A stretch of DNA of 64,000 bases, taken from an uncultured delta proteobacterium. GTDB taxonomy: Bacteria > Desulfobacterota > BSN033 > UBA1163. A model generated the notes under the pieces. It was not told the origin of the DNA. It was given only the letters and a program-made list of their open reading frames with translations, and searched no databases. The DNA lies in contig CAVOIK010000014.1 of the NCBI GenBank assembly GCA_963695895.1, positions 6,412-70,411 on the forward strand. Reading direction: 5' to 3'. Of this stretch, positions 1 through 11,172 are shown one piece after another; position 1 is the stretch's first letter; each line of letters opens with the position of its first letter. The position numbers were made by a program, and so were the translations under genes.

Positions 1-1075
1 AGATAAGAAGTCAAAGGCGAACATCTCTTCACCGTCTCTTCCTGAGTTACGGATGGTCGCGTGGGAGTTGACCCGGAGTTGCAATCTCGCCTGCAGTCAC
101 TGCCGGGCCTCGGCCGAGCGGGGTCCTTATCCAGGGGAGCTCTCCGCACAGGAAGTGCTGAGGGTCATGGACGAGATTGCCTCCTTCAGCAAGCCCGTTA
201 TCATTCTGACGGGAGGAGAACCACTCCTCCGGTCTGACATCTTCAATCTGGCCCGGCATGGAACACAGAAGGGATTCCGTGTCGTCATGGCTACAAACGG
301 GACGTTGTTTACGGAAGAGATCGTTGAAGAAATGAAGGACTCGGGAATTCAGAGGGTGAGTATCAGCCTCGACGGTCCTGATGCAGAAACCCACGATGCC
401 TTTCGCAAGGTGAAAGGGTCTTTTGAAGGGTCGCTTCGAGGGATTGAGCTTCTGAAAAAGGGAGGAATGGAATTTCAGATCAATACCACCGTTACCCAGA
501 TCAACCTCCACGTTGTTCCCGACATGCTACGTCTTGCCGTCCGTCTCGGTGCCGTGGCCCATCATCTCTTTCTCCTCGTTCCCACGGGCCGTGGGAAAGA
601 ACTCCAAGACCAGGAGATCTCTGCCCTCGACTATGAAAAGACACTTCACTGGTTTTATGAGCAGAGAGATCGAGTTCCTCTCCAGCTCAAGGCCACCTGT
701 GCGCCTCACTACTACCGCATCCTTCGGCAGCGGGCCAAAGAGGAGGGGAAAAAAATAACTCCTAAAGAGTATGGCCTCGACGCTATGACCCGAGGATGTC
801 TGGGGGGTATTTCCTTTTGCTTCATCTCCCACGTGGGTCAGGTGCAACCCTGCGGCTACCTCGAACTGAATTGTGGAAATGTGAGGGAGAGGCCTTTTGA
901 TCAGATCTGGGCTCAGTCAGAGATTTTTAAAAATCTTCGAAATACGGACGGCTATCAAGGGAAATGCGGTCGATGTGAGTTCAGAAAGGTCTGTGGGGGT
1001 TGTCGCGCTCGAGCCTACGAAACCTCAGGAGACTACATGGCGGAGGAACCTTACTGCATCTATGAACCCGTTTAA
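1..1075 (+). CDS. ahbD: Heme b synthase AhbD-like radical SAM/SPASM protein (5' end lies outside the window)
   Basis: [23 protein letters not shown] (CxxxCxxC), [22 protein letters not shown] and C-terminal SPASM Cys cluster; frame stays open back to position 2. Confidence 0.8.
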   Translation, partial: DKKSKANISSPSLPELRMVAWELTRSCNLACSHCRASAERGPYPGELSAQEVLRVMDEIASFSKPVIILTGGEPLLRSDIFNLARHGTQKGFRVVMATNGTLFTEEIVEEMKDSGIQRVSISLDGPDAETHDAFRKVKGSFEGSLRGIELLKKGGMEFQINTTVTQINLHVVPDMLRLAVRLGAVAHHLFLLVPTGRGKELQDQEISALDYEKTLHWFYEQRDRVPLQLKATCAPHYYRILRQRAKEEGKKITPKEYGLDAMTRGCLGGISFCFISHVGQVQPCGYLELNCGNVRERPFDQIWAQSEIFKNLRNTDGYQGKCGRCEFRKVCGGCRARAYETSGDYMAEEPYCIYEPV

Positions 1076-2565
1076 GTCTTTCTCTGCGTTCGCGAATCAG
1101 TCTGACCTTTAAATTCATTTTGGCCATGTCGGTCCTGGTCTTGATCACCACGTTGATCTTTGGATGGTTTGTCATAGGGAAAGCGATGACCCTCCTCCAG
1201 AGTCAGTTGGACGATCATGGAAGGTTGATCGCCAACTCTTTCGATCTCTTCACCGAATCGAGCATGAATGAGCCTGATCCAGCCCTTCTCCAACGCATGG
1301 TCGAGATCATCGTGAAGGACGAGATGGTCATCCAATGCTCGTTTCGAGACCGGTCGGGAGAGCAGATGGCCCACGCCGTCAGGGAAGGAGAGTTCTCGGA
1401 CACCGACTTGATTCATGAATATATTCATCCCATTGTGTCGAAGAAGGGTCAGGTCATTGGAGCTCTTCACATCGGCCTCTCCCTGGGTAAGCTGGGAAGC
1501 GAGATCAATGGACTGAGAAGAGATATCCTTCTCCTGGCCATCGGGGTGATTGCCTTGGGGATTTTTCTCACGCTCATGTTTACGCGCATTCTCCTCCGCC
1601 CCATCGAGAAGCTTGCGGGCGCAGCCGAGAAGGTCGGTGAGGGAGAGTTGGCTATGACGGTCGATATTCAGTCGAGAGACGAAATCGGAGACCTCGCCAA
1701 AGCCTTCAACCACATGACCCTCCAGCTCAAGGAATCGAGAGACACTCTCGAGAAAAAAGTGGAAGAGCGCACCCGGCAACTGGAAGAGAACATCAATGAG
1801 TTGAACCAGGCGCGGATGGCCACGCTGCGCATGATCGAGAATCTTGAGGCTGCCAAGAGGGAGTTGGAGAAGGCGAACCGCGAGCTCAAGGAGATGGACG
1901 AAACCAAACTGAAGTTCATCGGAATGACCTCTCATGAACTGAAAACCCCTCTCACCGCGATCAAGTCGAATATTGACTTTATCCTCTCCGAGAAAGCGGG
2001 AAAGGTTCCCGAAGAGCTCAAGCTCTACCTGACGACCATTCAGAGAAATACCAATCGGATCCAGGGGACCATGGATCAGATGCTCGATCTGGCCCGGATC
2101 AAATCCGGCCGACTCTCCATTTTACGGGAACCCATCTTCCTTTCTGACGTGGTCAAGGGATACATTAACGAAATCAAACCGGTGGACAAACATCTCTCGA
2201 TCGAGATCCATATTCCCGATCACCTCCGTGTCTATGCGGATCGAAATGGCTTGCACGACATCTTCATGAATCTTCTCACAAATGCCTTTAAGTTTACCTC
2301 CGAGGGGGGGCACATCACGATCATGGCGAGCCAGAAAGATAAATTTATCCTCCACGAGGTTCATGATACGGGCATTGGCATTTCTGAAGATCAGAGCGAA
2401 AAGATCTTTGAAGACTTCTATCAGGTCGAGGGCGGTAAACATGGGGGAACAGGTCTGGGACTGGCGATCGCCAAGGCACTGGTCGAGGAACACGGGGGCA
2501 GGATCTGGGTGAAGTCCCAACTGGGAAAGGGGGCAAGTTTTTATTTCACGCTTCCTGTGGCCTGA
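1062..2565 (+). CDS. HAMP-domain sensor histidine kinase (probable start 1062 with a frameshift near 1085; ORF track 1120..2565)
   Basis: Two TM segments, HAMP ([15 protein letters not shown]), H-box SHELKTPL, N-box [10 protein letters not shown]-boxes DTGIGI and GTGLGL. Confidence 0.9.
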
Positions 2566-2741
2566 GTCAAGGTGCGCCTTGAAGCCTTTCCGACCGGCCT
2601 GCTCTGTTCCGTGCCATGATCTTTGCATTGATTTGGCGAAACAGTTACGAAAAGAGAGGTTTTCGAGTCTTAGTTTTTGGACGTTCCACGATGGCCGTCA
2701 ACCCTTGATGATCATGAAGCGTTCCTTTTGGGAGAGCGGAG

Positions 2742-3656
2742 ATGGAAGAGAACCCACAGCAGAAATTATCTAAGGGCAAAGTGCTCATCGTTGATGATGC
2801 GCCTGACACGGTGGAGATCATCAAGAAACTTCTGGTATTCGAGGGGTATGAAGTGCTCACGACCTCGACGGGCGAGGAGGGCGTCAAGAAGGTGGAACAG
2901 GAGAAACCGGAGATCGTCCTCTTGGACATCAGCCTTCCAGGGATCGACGGGAACGAGGCCTTGAGAAGGATTCGGAAGGTCGACTCCATCGTCTCCGTCA
3001 TCATGCTCACTGCCTTTGCTACGGTGGACAATGCGATCAGCGCCCTCAAGGAGGGAGCTTCTGACTTCATCAAGAAACCCTTTGAAAATGAACACCTGGT
3101 CCATTTGGTGAATCAATGCCTCGAGAAGTATCAAACCTTGAAAGAGAAAGGGAGATTGGAAGAAGAGGTCCAGAGGCTCTCGATCACAGATGATTTGACC
3201 GGGTTGTATAATTATCGTCACTTCTATAAAACGTTGGAACTCGAAATCGCCCGTTTGAAACGGCAGAGGACTGCCCTATCTCTGCTGATGTTCGATATGG
3301 ATAATTTTAAAAGATACAACGATCTCTACGGCCATCTGGAAGGGGACAAAGTCCTGAAGAAGGTTGGAGAAGTTGTGGACCGTCTGATCCGAAGCCATGT
3401 CGACTCTGGCTATCGCTACGGCGGAGATGAGTTTGCTGTGCTCCTCGTGGGCGCGACGCTCGATCAAGCCATGCCGATTGCAGAACGTCTTCGAATCTCC
3501 ATCGAACAGGCCGGATTTCGGGACATCTCGGTCAGCATCGGCGTGACGGAATTCTATCCCGATTACAATCTAAGAGAATTCGTTAGGTTAGCGGACGATT
3601 CACTCTACGCAGCCAAACATTCGGGTGGAAACCGAGTCTACGCCCATATCCGTTGA
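2742..3656 (+). CDS. Response regulator receiver + GGDEF diguanylate cyclase
   Basis: REC domain (LIVDD, LLDISLPG, KPF) followed by DDLTGLYN and RYGGDEF. Confidence 0.93.
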   Translation: MEENPQQKLSKGKVLIVDDAPDTVEIIKKLLVFEGYEVLTTSTGEEGVKKVEQEKPEIVLLDISLPGIDGNEALRRIRKVDSIVSVIMLTAFATVDNAISALKEGASDFIKKPFENEHLVHLVNQCLEKYQTLKEKGRLEEEVQRLSITDDLTGLYNYRHFYKTLELEIARLKRQRTALSLLMFDMDNFKRYNDLYGHLEGDKVLKKVGEVVDRLIRSHVDSGYRYGGDEFAVLLVGATLDQAMPIAERLRISIEQAGFRDISVSIGVTEFYPDYNLREFVRLADDSLYAAKHSGGNRVYAHIR

Positions 3657-3681
3657 GCTTCCTCCATTCCGAGAGGCAGTG

Positions 3682-6351
3682 ATGTCCAGTCGTCCTCGAC
3701 TCTTTCTGATCGATGGTTCCTCTTATATCTATCGCGCCTTCTATGCCATCGGCCATCTCTCAAATTCCAAAGGCCTTCCCACGAACGCCATCTACGGTTT
3801 CACCCAGATGCTCCTGAAGGTTCTGAAGGAGCATCAACCGGACCACATCGCCATCGCCTTCGATTCACGCGTTCCAACCTTTCGGAGCCAAGTCTACAAG
3901 GAATACAAAGCCAACCGACCTCCCATGCCGGAGAATCTGAGCCTCCAGATCCCCTATATCAAAAAGATCGTCGAGGGATACCGGATTTCGACGCTGGAGG
4001 TGGAGGGGTTTGAGGCGGATGACTTGATTGGAACGGTGACCAGGGCGGTCGAATCCAAGGCGGATGTCGTCATCATCACGGGAGACAAGGACATCCTTCA
4101 ACTGGTGAGTGATCGGGTCCTGGTGTACGATACCATGAAGGAGAAAAAGTTTGGTGTGGACGAGGTCATGGACCGCTTTGGTGTGAAACCCGAGCAGGTT
4201 GTCGAGGTCATGGGTCTTGCCGGAGACGCCATTGACAATATCCCCGGGATTCCTGGGATCGGGGAAAAGACGGCGATGACTCTCATCAAGACCTTCGGAT
4301 CCATAGACAATCTCCTGGCCCATGTGGATCAAGTTCCCCAGACAAAGTTGCGCGAGAAACTCGTGACCCACGCAGAGGTGGCGAAGCTCAGCCGGGAGCT
4401 CGCAACCATTCGCACCGACGTGCCCGTCACGGCCGAGTTAGAAAACTTTGTCCTCCCATCCGCCGACCTTCAGAGCCTGAGAGAGATCTTCAAAGCATTG
4501 GAGTTCAACAAGCTTCTAAAGGATCTTCCGGAGGACAAGAAAGCTCACGAAGAGGACTACCGCCTGATCACAGAGCAAGGGGAGTTTTCCACATTGCTGG
4601 AAGAGCTCAGTAGGGTTGGCCTATTCTCCATTGATCTAGAAACCACCTCGCCTTATCCCATGTGGGCGGACCTGGTGGGCATCAGCCTCGCCTGTGCACC
4701 CCATCAGGCCTACTACGTTCCTGTTGGGCATCAACCCGAAAAAGCCCCTGAGCAGCTTTCCCTTTCCTGGGTGCTCGAACAATTGAAGCCAGTTCTCGAG
4801 AACCCCGCGATCAAGAAGGTTGGCCAGAATATTAAGTACGAATGGATCGTCCTCAAACGTTATGGCATTGAGCTTCGGGGAATTCACTGCGACACGATGG
4901 TTGCTTCCTACCTCTTGAACCCCACCAAGCATAATCACAATCTGGGTGAAATCGCCCGGGACTATCTTGATCGAACGGTGACAGACTACAAAGAGGTCGT
5001 GGGGACCGGAGGAAAGGCCCTGACGTTTGATCAGGTCGAGCTTGACCGGGCCCGGGACTACAGCTGCGGAGATGCCGATGTGACCCTTCAGCTTTCCCAT
5101 CTGCTTCTCCCGAAGATTGCAGAAGGCGGGTTTCAACACCTCTATGAACAGGTGGAGATTCCATTGGTGACCGTCCTGGCCAAGATGGAGATGAACGGGG
5201 TCAAAATGGATGCGGATCTTCTCCGTGATTTTTCGAAGGAGGTGGAGGGTCAGCTTCAACAGAAGATGGAACGCATTTATCAGCTTGCCGGAGAAGTGTT
5301 TAATATCAACTCCTCCCAACAGCTCGGGAAAATCCTCTTTGAAAAGCTGAAACTTCCCGTCGTCAAGAAAACGAAGACCGGCTATTCCACTGATGTGGAT
5401 GTCTTGACCAAACTGTCTCTTCAGCACGACCTCCCTCTGGAGATCCTCAGCTATCGCAGCTTGACCAAGCTCAAATCCACGTACATTGATGCCCTTCCCA
5501 AACTGATCCATCCGAAGACCGGACGGATACACACATCCTACAATCAGACGGTGACCGCCACGGGTCGCCTTTCATCGAGTGATCCCAACCTTCAGAATAT
5601 TCCTATTCGGACAGAGGAAGGGAATCGAATTCGACAGGCCTTTGTTCCGGAAGAGGGATGGAGGATCATTTCTGCAGACTATTCTCAGATCGAACTGAGA
5701 ATCCTTGCCCATGTTTCGCAGGATGAGGTCTTAGTCCAGGCCTTTCGAGAAGATGAAGACATTCATGCCAGAACTGCCAGTGGCCTCTTTGGCGTTCCTA
5801 TGGACAAGGTCACTCCCGCCATGCGAAGAGAGGCAAAAGTCATCAATTTCGGTATCCTCTACGGAATGAGTTCCTATGGTCTCTCACAGCAGTTGGGAGT
5901 GGAACCGAAGGTCGCTCAGGCCTATATCGATGACTATTTTAGGAAGTACACGGGTGTTAAGGCCTATATCGACAAGAGTCTGGAGGAAGCAAGAGAGAAA
6001 GGATACGTCAGCACGCTTCTCCATCGACGCCGCTATCTCCCGGACATCCACTCTCCGTCCATACCGGTTCGGCAGGCCACGGAGAGGATGGCAGTGAACA
6101 CGCCGCTTCAAGGAACCGCAGCAGATATCATTAAATTGGCGATGATTCGCATTCAACATCGGATCGAAGACCAAGCGCTTTCTGCGAAGATGATTATGCA
6201 GGTCCATGATGAATTGGTTTTCGAGATTCTAGAGGGAGAAACTGAGAAAGTGTGTCCGTTGATCCAGCAAGAGATGGAGGCCGTGATGCCCCTCTCTGTT
6301 CCGCTGAAGGTATCGGTTTACTCAGGAAGGAATTGGGCGGAAGCGCATTAA
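3682..6351 (+). CDS. polA: DNA polymerase I
   Basis: 5'-3' exonuclease (LIDGSSYIYRAFYA), 3'-5' exonuclease (DLETT), polymerase motifs ADYSQIELR and QVHDEL. Confidence 0.98.
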   Translation: MSSRPRLFLIDGSSYIYRAFYAIGHLSNSKGLPTNAIYGFTQMLLKVLKEHQPDHIAIAFDSRVPTFRSQVYKEYKANRPPMPENLSLQIPYIKKIVEGYRISTLEVEGFEADDLIGTVTRAVESKADVVIITGDKDILQLVSDRVLVYDTMKEKKFGVDEVMDRFGVKPEQVVEVMGLAGDAIDNIPGIPGIGEKTAMTLIKTFGSIDNLLAHVDQVPQTKLREKLVTHAEVAKLSRELATIRTDVPVTAELENFVLPSADLQSLREIFKALEFNKLLKDLPEDKKAHEEDYRLITEQGEFSTLLEELSRVGLFSIDLETTSPYPMWADLVGISLACAPHQAYYVPVGHQPEKAPEQLSLSWVLEQLKPVLENPAIKKVGQNIKYEWIVLKRYGIELRGIHCDTMVASYLLNPTKHNHNLGEIARDYLDRTVTDYKEVVGTGGKALTFDQVELDRARDYSCGDADVTLQLSHLLLPKIAEGGFQHLYEQVEIPLVTVLAKMEMNGVKMDADLLRDFSKEVEGQLQQKMERIYQLAGEVFNINSSQQLGKILFEKLKLPVVKKTKTGYSTDVDVLTKLSLQHDLPLEILSYRSLTKLKSTYIDALPKLIHPKTGRIHTSYNQTVTATGRLSSSDPNLQNIPIRTEEGNRIRQAFVPEEGWRIISADYSQIELRILAHVSQDEVLVQAFREDEDIHARTASGLFGVPMDKVTPAMRREAKVINFGILYGMSSYGLSQQLGVEPKVAQAYIDDYFRKYTGVKAYIDKSLEEAREKGYVSTLLHRRRYLPDIHSPSIPVRQATERMAVNTPLQGTAADIIKLAMIRIQHRIEDQALSAKMIMQVHDELVFEILEGETEKVCPLIQQEMEAVMPLSVPLKVSVYSGRNWAEAH

Positions 6352-6439
6352 GTAAGTTCGAGAAGGCGAGTTCAGAGTTCGGAGACATTCATTTAGGCTC
6401 CGAACCCTAAACTCCGAACTTTGTTCACAAGGGGGAACC

Positions 6440-7012
6440 ATGATGAAACGCGCAAGTCTTTTTCTTCTAATTGGAATCGTCCTTGCCTCTTCGCTTGTCT
6501 CAGCTCAGGCGATCTACCGATGGGTGGACGAAAAAGGAAGTATTCATTTTACCGATGATCCGAGTCTGATTCCAGAGAAGTATCGGGAACAAATTAAGAC
6601 GGAAAAAATCCCAGCGGAGTCTCCGCCGTCTGCCCCCCAGGCGCAACCGCAGGCCGTGCCGACCGGACCTCCATCGGTAAAAGCAGCCGAGCCTTCTTCA
6701 GGACGGAAAGATGTCCTGGGTCGCGGCGAAGACTGGTGGAAGGCTCAGGCGAAGATGTGGAAGGAAAAGCTTCAGAACGCCCAAAAGAACTACGAAACGG
6801 CGAATGCTGCTGTCCAGGCCAAGCAGAAGGAAATCGATGACGCGAAATTTAAGCCCAATAGTTATATACGAAAGCTTGAGGCTGAGAAGAAAGTTCTCCA
6901 AGACAAGGCCAATGAATCGGCGAAACAGGTGGACGAGGCAAAGAACATGCTCGAGACGGGGTTGGCTCGGCAAGCCGAGGAATATTTGGCTGATCCTAGT
7001 TGGGTCAAGTGA
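6440..7012 (+). CDS. DUF4124 domain-containing exported protein
   Basis: Signal peptide then IYRWVDEKGSIHFTDDP motif, Pro-rich linker, coiled-coil tail. Confidence 0.8.
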   Translation: MMKRASLFLLIGIVLASSLVSAQAIYRWVDEKGSIHFTDDPSLIPEKYREQIKTEKIPAESPPSAPQAQPQAVPTGPPSVKAAEPSSGRKDVLGRGEDWWKAQAKMWKEKLQNAQKNYETANAAVQAKQKEIDDAKFKPNSYIRKLEAEKKVLQDKANESAKQVDEAKNMLETGLARQAEEYLADPSWVK

Positions 7013-7038
7013 CGTATCATTGACAGGGGAAGCTGAAG

Positions 7039-7258
7039 TTTCACCACAGAGACACAGAGGTCACGGAGAGAAGACTTTTGTCTGTCCAAGAATACTCGGG
7101 ACAGATAAGCCTCTGCTCGATTAAATTGCCTTGGCCGAAGGCCAGGGAGTTCATGCAGAATCGGTACCTCGCCGACTTCTCCATGACTAACATTTCTCTC
7201 AGTGTGCTCCGTGTCTCGAATGAGCCCCTGTCTTCTTGGGGCGAATGGGCGGTGAAAA
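7039..7258. repeat. Palindromic intergenic element with 9-nt-unit arms (CACAGAGAC.../...GTGTCTC) and internal hairpins
   Basis: ttcaccacagagacacagag at the left end and ctccgtgtctc...gcggtgaa at the right; internal hairpins tgtctgtcc/ggacagata and ccttggcc/ggccaggg; lies between convergent genes. Confidence 0.55.
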
Positions 7259-7329
7259 TAGTTTTGAATGTGAACTATTTCCTGCTCTTGGTAATAAGAG
7301 GAGGCACTTGCAGGTCGAAGACGAAACCT

Positions 7330-8891
7330 CTATGGATTCAGCGAGTGATTCGCCTTGCCTGACTCGTTCCACTTCCCTTTGAATTGTTGCAAGGGAAATG
7401 GGTCGACGTAAGGCACAAAAGCGAGACTGAGGTTTCCCTGGGTTAGGATGCTGGTTAGAATTTCATCAATCTCTTTCGCTGGAAGAAGTTCATAACTCTT
7501 CCAATCAAGAATCTGAACCTTCATCATCACCCGAGACGGATCTCCCACTGAACGAATAGCCCTTTGTGCCACCTCCGTCATCAGATCAATTGCTTTCTGG
7601 GAATCCAGATTAAGCTCTCGCATGGTCTGGCGGTGGTAGGCCATGATCGCGTAGTAGTCGAAATTCTTTTCTTGTGTCCTTCCGAGAGTTTGGGAAAACC
7701 AGGCGAGTGAATTCGTGGTGCTGAGGGCAGTCTCGTAGTAGAGATTGATTCCGAACTCCAGTTTCGGGTTGGAGGAACGGGCTGCAGTCATGAGCTGTTG
7801 GGCCACATTCATCAGCCAACGATTCTTCCAATCCGCCCACGCCCAGAACTGATGGGTGTAGGCTCTCACAGAGTATTTCCCTGTTTCGGATTTGTAAGGA
7901 TCGACATAAAAGAGATCGGGATGAGGGGAAAACCCGAATTCCTTCAAAAAGGCTTTGTTGGCCTCAGAGCCGAAATCCTCATTGTGCCTCAAAATGAGAT
8001 CATCCTGAAAAAGAATTCCGTCTATAGGGTAACGACCGAGGTCGCGAAAGATCCCATCGAGACGCCTGACGACATCGGGATGAAACACGTCAACCCTCGG
8101 GCAGGTTCGACTCTCTTGGTCTCAAAATTATAACTGTGAACACGGTGTTCAACATTCCCGTCCGAATTGAAGTCGGAGTACCGGGTCGTGATCCATGCGA
8201 AGAGGTCAAGTTCGTTGCGGTGACTGAGGTCTGCAAGTCTGCCAAGAACGTCATCCACCACCGGGGCATAATCCGTTTTGAAATAAACACCTTCCTCGCA
8301 ACGAGGATTCGCAAACTTGAATAGGCGGTCCCCTTTGGTTTGAAAGACTCTGACGATCAGCGTATTGACGCCCGCTTTCTTCAGTTCCTTAAGTTGTTTG
8401 TCCACATCCTCCAAGGTTTCAGAATCCAAATAAAAGATCTGCGCACAAATTCTTCTCTTGGTCTTCTTGGCCAACGATGGGGAAGATGCCGGCAAACGAG
8501 CCTGCAGGGCTGGAGTGGGCGGACGACTGGTCTCTTGCTTCCACTTCTCTCTTGCCATCTGGATGGCCTTTTCCGCTTCGTTCACTCGGTCTCCATCAGG
8601 ATATTGCCTCAGGTAGAGATTGAACTGCTGAATGGCTTCGTCAGGTTTGCCCATTCGGAGATAGGATTGCCCAATCATGTAAACCGCATAAGGAACAGAT
8701 CGGCTGGTCGGAGAAGTCTTGATGAGCTTTGAAAAGGCTTCGATGGATTCTGTGTATTTGCCTTGGTAGTAAAACTCCATCGCCACATCGTAGAGCCTCG
8801 CGGAATCAAAAGGAATGTCCTGTCCTTGATTTCCAGGGACCCCCATGAACAGGAAGAGAAAGAAAGTGCCAACAAAAAACCATTTTCGCAT
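7330..8891 (-). CDS. TPR/BamD-like domain fused to a PgaB C-terminal-like (GHL13/GH153) glycoside hydrolase domain; frameshift near 8090
   Basis: N-terminal signal + TPR (YMIGQSYL, YLRQYPDG); C-terminal GVNTLIVRVF, LFAWITTR, IDGILFQDDL, IMAYHRQ; the two ORFs overlap and continue across one frameshift. Confidence 0.7.
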
Positions 8892-9039
8892 TAGATGTTC
8901 CGGTTGTGCATTAGAATTCGAATCGCAGGAGTTGAAACGTTCTCGTTTGGATCTTTTGAATTTTGAGCATTGATATTGGTTTAGAGTTTAGCCTGCACAT
9001 CTCAGGCAGGCCTGCCTGCCACAGGCAGATGCTACGGAT

Positions 9040-10419
9040 TTAGGATTTTTCTCCTGAGAAAAGGATTTTCGTCGCTTCTTGAATCGTTCTTACCCCAATC
9101 AGTTCGATCCCCTGGATCCCCTTCATCTTGTCTTGATTTTGTTTGGGAAGAAGGCACCGTTTGAAACCCAATCGGCTCGATTCCTTTACGCGGACTTCTG
9201 GTTGACTGATTCCTCGTACCTCTCCCCCCAGGCCCACCTCTCCAAACACAACGGTCTCAGGATCGATGAGCTTATCCCGAAAACTCGAGGCGATCGAGGC
9301 AATGATGCCTAAATCCACACCGGGCTCCTCCACCTTCATCCCGCCCGCAATGTTGACGAAGATGTCATGACTCAGCAGGGGGAGGCCCAGTCTCTTTTCC
9401 ATGACGGCAGCCATCAGGGAGATGCGACTCGCATCCACTCCTTGGGCCGTTCTTCGGGGGGCCCCGAAATGCGTGGGAACGACCAGAGCTTGAAGCTCGA
9501 TCAAGATGGGTCTGGAGCCTTCGATGCATGGCATGACCACAGAGCCAGAGGCATGTTGAACCCGCTCGGAGAGAAAGTATTCGGACGGGTTGGCCACTTC
9601 CACCAATCCCGAGTCCTTCATCTCAAAGACGCCGATCTCATTGGTCGATCCGAAGCGGTTTTTGACGGCTCTCAGGATGCGGAAGGCTTGGTTCGCTTCG
9701 CCCTCAATGTAAAGAACGGTATCGACCATGTGCTCTAACACTTTCGGTCCTGCGATAAAGCCCTCCTTGGTCACATGACCGATGAGAAAGATAGGGATGC
9801 CGAGATGTTTGGCAAGATAAAGCAAACGACTCGAAGCTTCTCTCACCTGGCCAATCGATCCAGGAGTGGAGGGCAAATCAGAGGAATAGATCGTCTGAAT
9901 GGAATCGACGACCACCGTGGAGGGCCGGAGTGACTGAATGTCTTGAAGGATCTTCTCCAGGGATGTTTCGGAGACGACAAAGAGCTGAGCCGAGGCCACT
10001 CCCAATCGGTTGGCCCTCATCTTTGTTTGTTGAAGGGATTCTTCGCCGGAGACATAGAGGACCTTTGCTCCCGAGGCAGCCAGTTGGTTCATGGCCTGGA
10101 GCAGGAGGGTCGATTTGCCAATGCCAGGGTCTCCTCCCACCAGAACGAGCGAGCCAAGAACAATCCCTCCGCCCAAGACCCGATCAAACTCTCCCATGCC
10201 GATGGTGAGTCTTTCTTTTTCTTCACCTTTAATCTCAGTGAGAGGAACAGGGATGGCACTTGATTCAAGACCCAGGAGGTCCCGTTGAGGTTCTTTCTCT
10301 TCAATAATCCGTTCTTCGACGAAGGTGTTCCATTCCTGACACCCTGGACATCGACCCAGCCACTTGGGCATTTGGTATCCGCAGGACTGACAAACGAAAT
10401 GGGTCTTGGTCTTGGCCAT
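9040..10419 (-). CDS. radA: DNA repair protein RadA/Sms
   Basis: C4 zinc finger, GGDPGIGKST, KNRFG motif, Lon-like C-terminus. Confidence 0.97.
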   Translation of the reverse strand: MAKTKTHFVCQSCGYQMPKWLGRCPGCQEWNTFVEERIIEEKEPQRDLLGLESSAIPVPLTEIKGEEKERLTIGMGEFDRVLGGGIVLGSLVLVGGDPGIGKSTLLLQAMNQLAASGAKVLYVSGEESLQQTKMRANRLGVASAQLFVVSETSLEKILQDIQSLRPSTVVVDSIQTIYSSDLPSTPGSIGQVREASSRLLYLAKHLGIPIFLIGHVTKEGFIAGPKVLEHMVDTVLYIEGEANQAFRILRAVKNRFGSTNEIGVFEMKDSGLVEVANPSEYFLSERVQHASGSVVMPCIEGSRPILIELQALVVPTHFGAPRRTAQGVDASRISLMAAVMEKRLGLPLLSHDIFVNIAGGMKVEEPGVDLGIIASIASSFRDKLIDPETVVFGEVGLGGEVRGISQPEVRVKESSRLGFKRCLLPKQNQDKMKGIQGIELIGVRTIQEATKILFSGEKS

Positions 10420-10456
10420 GGGAGCGGTGTAGTGCAGGGATGATTATTTTGCGGAA

Positions 10457-10485
10457 ATCTTAACAGATAGGGCTTTGGAGGTCAA
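10457..10485 (-). promoter_or_regulatory. Sigma70-type promoter of radA
   Basis: Minus strand TTGACC-N17-TAAGAT with TG extended -10. Confidence 0.5.
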
Positions 10486-10528
10486 AAAAATAGACGAAAC
10501 AGGAAAGCCGTTCCTCTCAAATGGAAGT

Positions 10529-10561
10529 GGAGACAGAGTGCCTGCAGGGGCACTCTGTCTC
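10529..10561. terminator. Hairpin downstream of mscL (possible terminator)
   Basis: gagacagagtgcc/ggcactctgtctc 13-bp stem; U-tract is weak. Confidence 0.45.
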
Positions 10562-10639
10562 ATACTTTAGAATTTCTGTACCGATCCTTTTACCGCTTGA
10601 TCAAGTCATCCCATAGTTGCCTCTTTGTTTCGTCATTTC

Positions 10640-11095
10640 TTAGGTCGCCCTCAGCTCTGAGGTGCAATGACCACAGCGAGTTGCCTTAATGGGTATGGTT
10701 GAGAGACAGTAAGGGCACTCCTTCGTTGTCGGCACTGGAGGTGGGGCTTCTTGCTGTTTCACGAGTTTGTTGACATTTCGAATGAGCAGGAAGACCGCAA
10801 AGGCCACGATGAGAAAGGTGATGATGGTGTTAATAAAAAACCCGTAGTTGATCGACACCGCACCAGCCTCCTTGGCAGCGGCAAGAGACGCGTAGGGTCC
10901 AGCCACCTTCCCCTCCTTAAGAACCGCAAAAAGGTTGGAGAAGTCGATGTTCCCGAGCAGCAGCCCGATGGGTGGCATGATGACATCCGCCACAAATGAG
11001 TTAACGATGGTACCAAAGGCTGCTCCAATGATAATTCCGACTGCCATATCCAACACATTTCCGCGCATTGCAAATTCCTTGAATTCTTTTAGCAT
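10640..11095 (-). CDS. mscL: Large-conductance mechanosensitive channel with C-terminal zinc ribbon
   Basis: [27 protein letters not shown] signature; tail CPYC...RCGHCTS. Confidence 0.96.
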   Translation of the reverse strand: MLKEFKEFAMRGNVLDMAVGIIIGAAFGTIVNSFVADVIMPPIGLLLGNIDFSNLFAVLKEGKVAGPYASLAAAKEAGAVSINYGFFINTIITFLIVAFAVFLLIRNVNKLVKQQEAPPPVPTTKECPYCLSTIPIKATRCGHCTSELRAT

Positions 11096-11172
11096 GAACA
11101 TCCCTCCTTTCGTATTTTCCCACTGTACCAAAGGTGGAAGCGTTTTTCAAGCATTTTGTGACCGTAGTAAGT

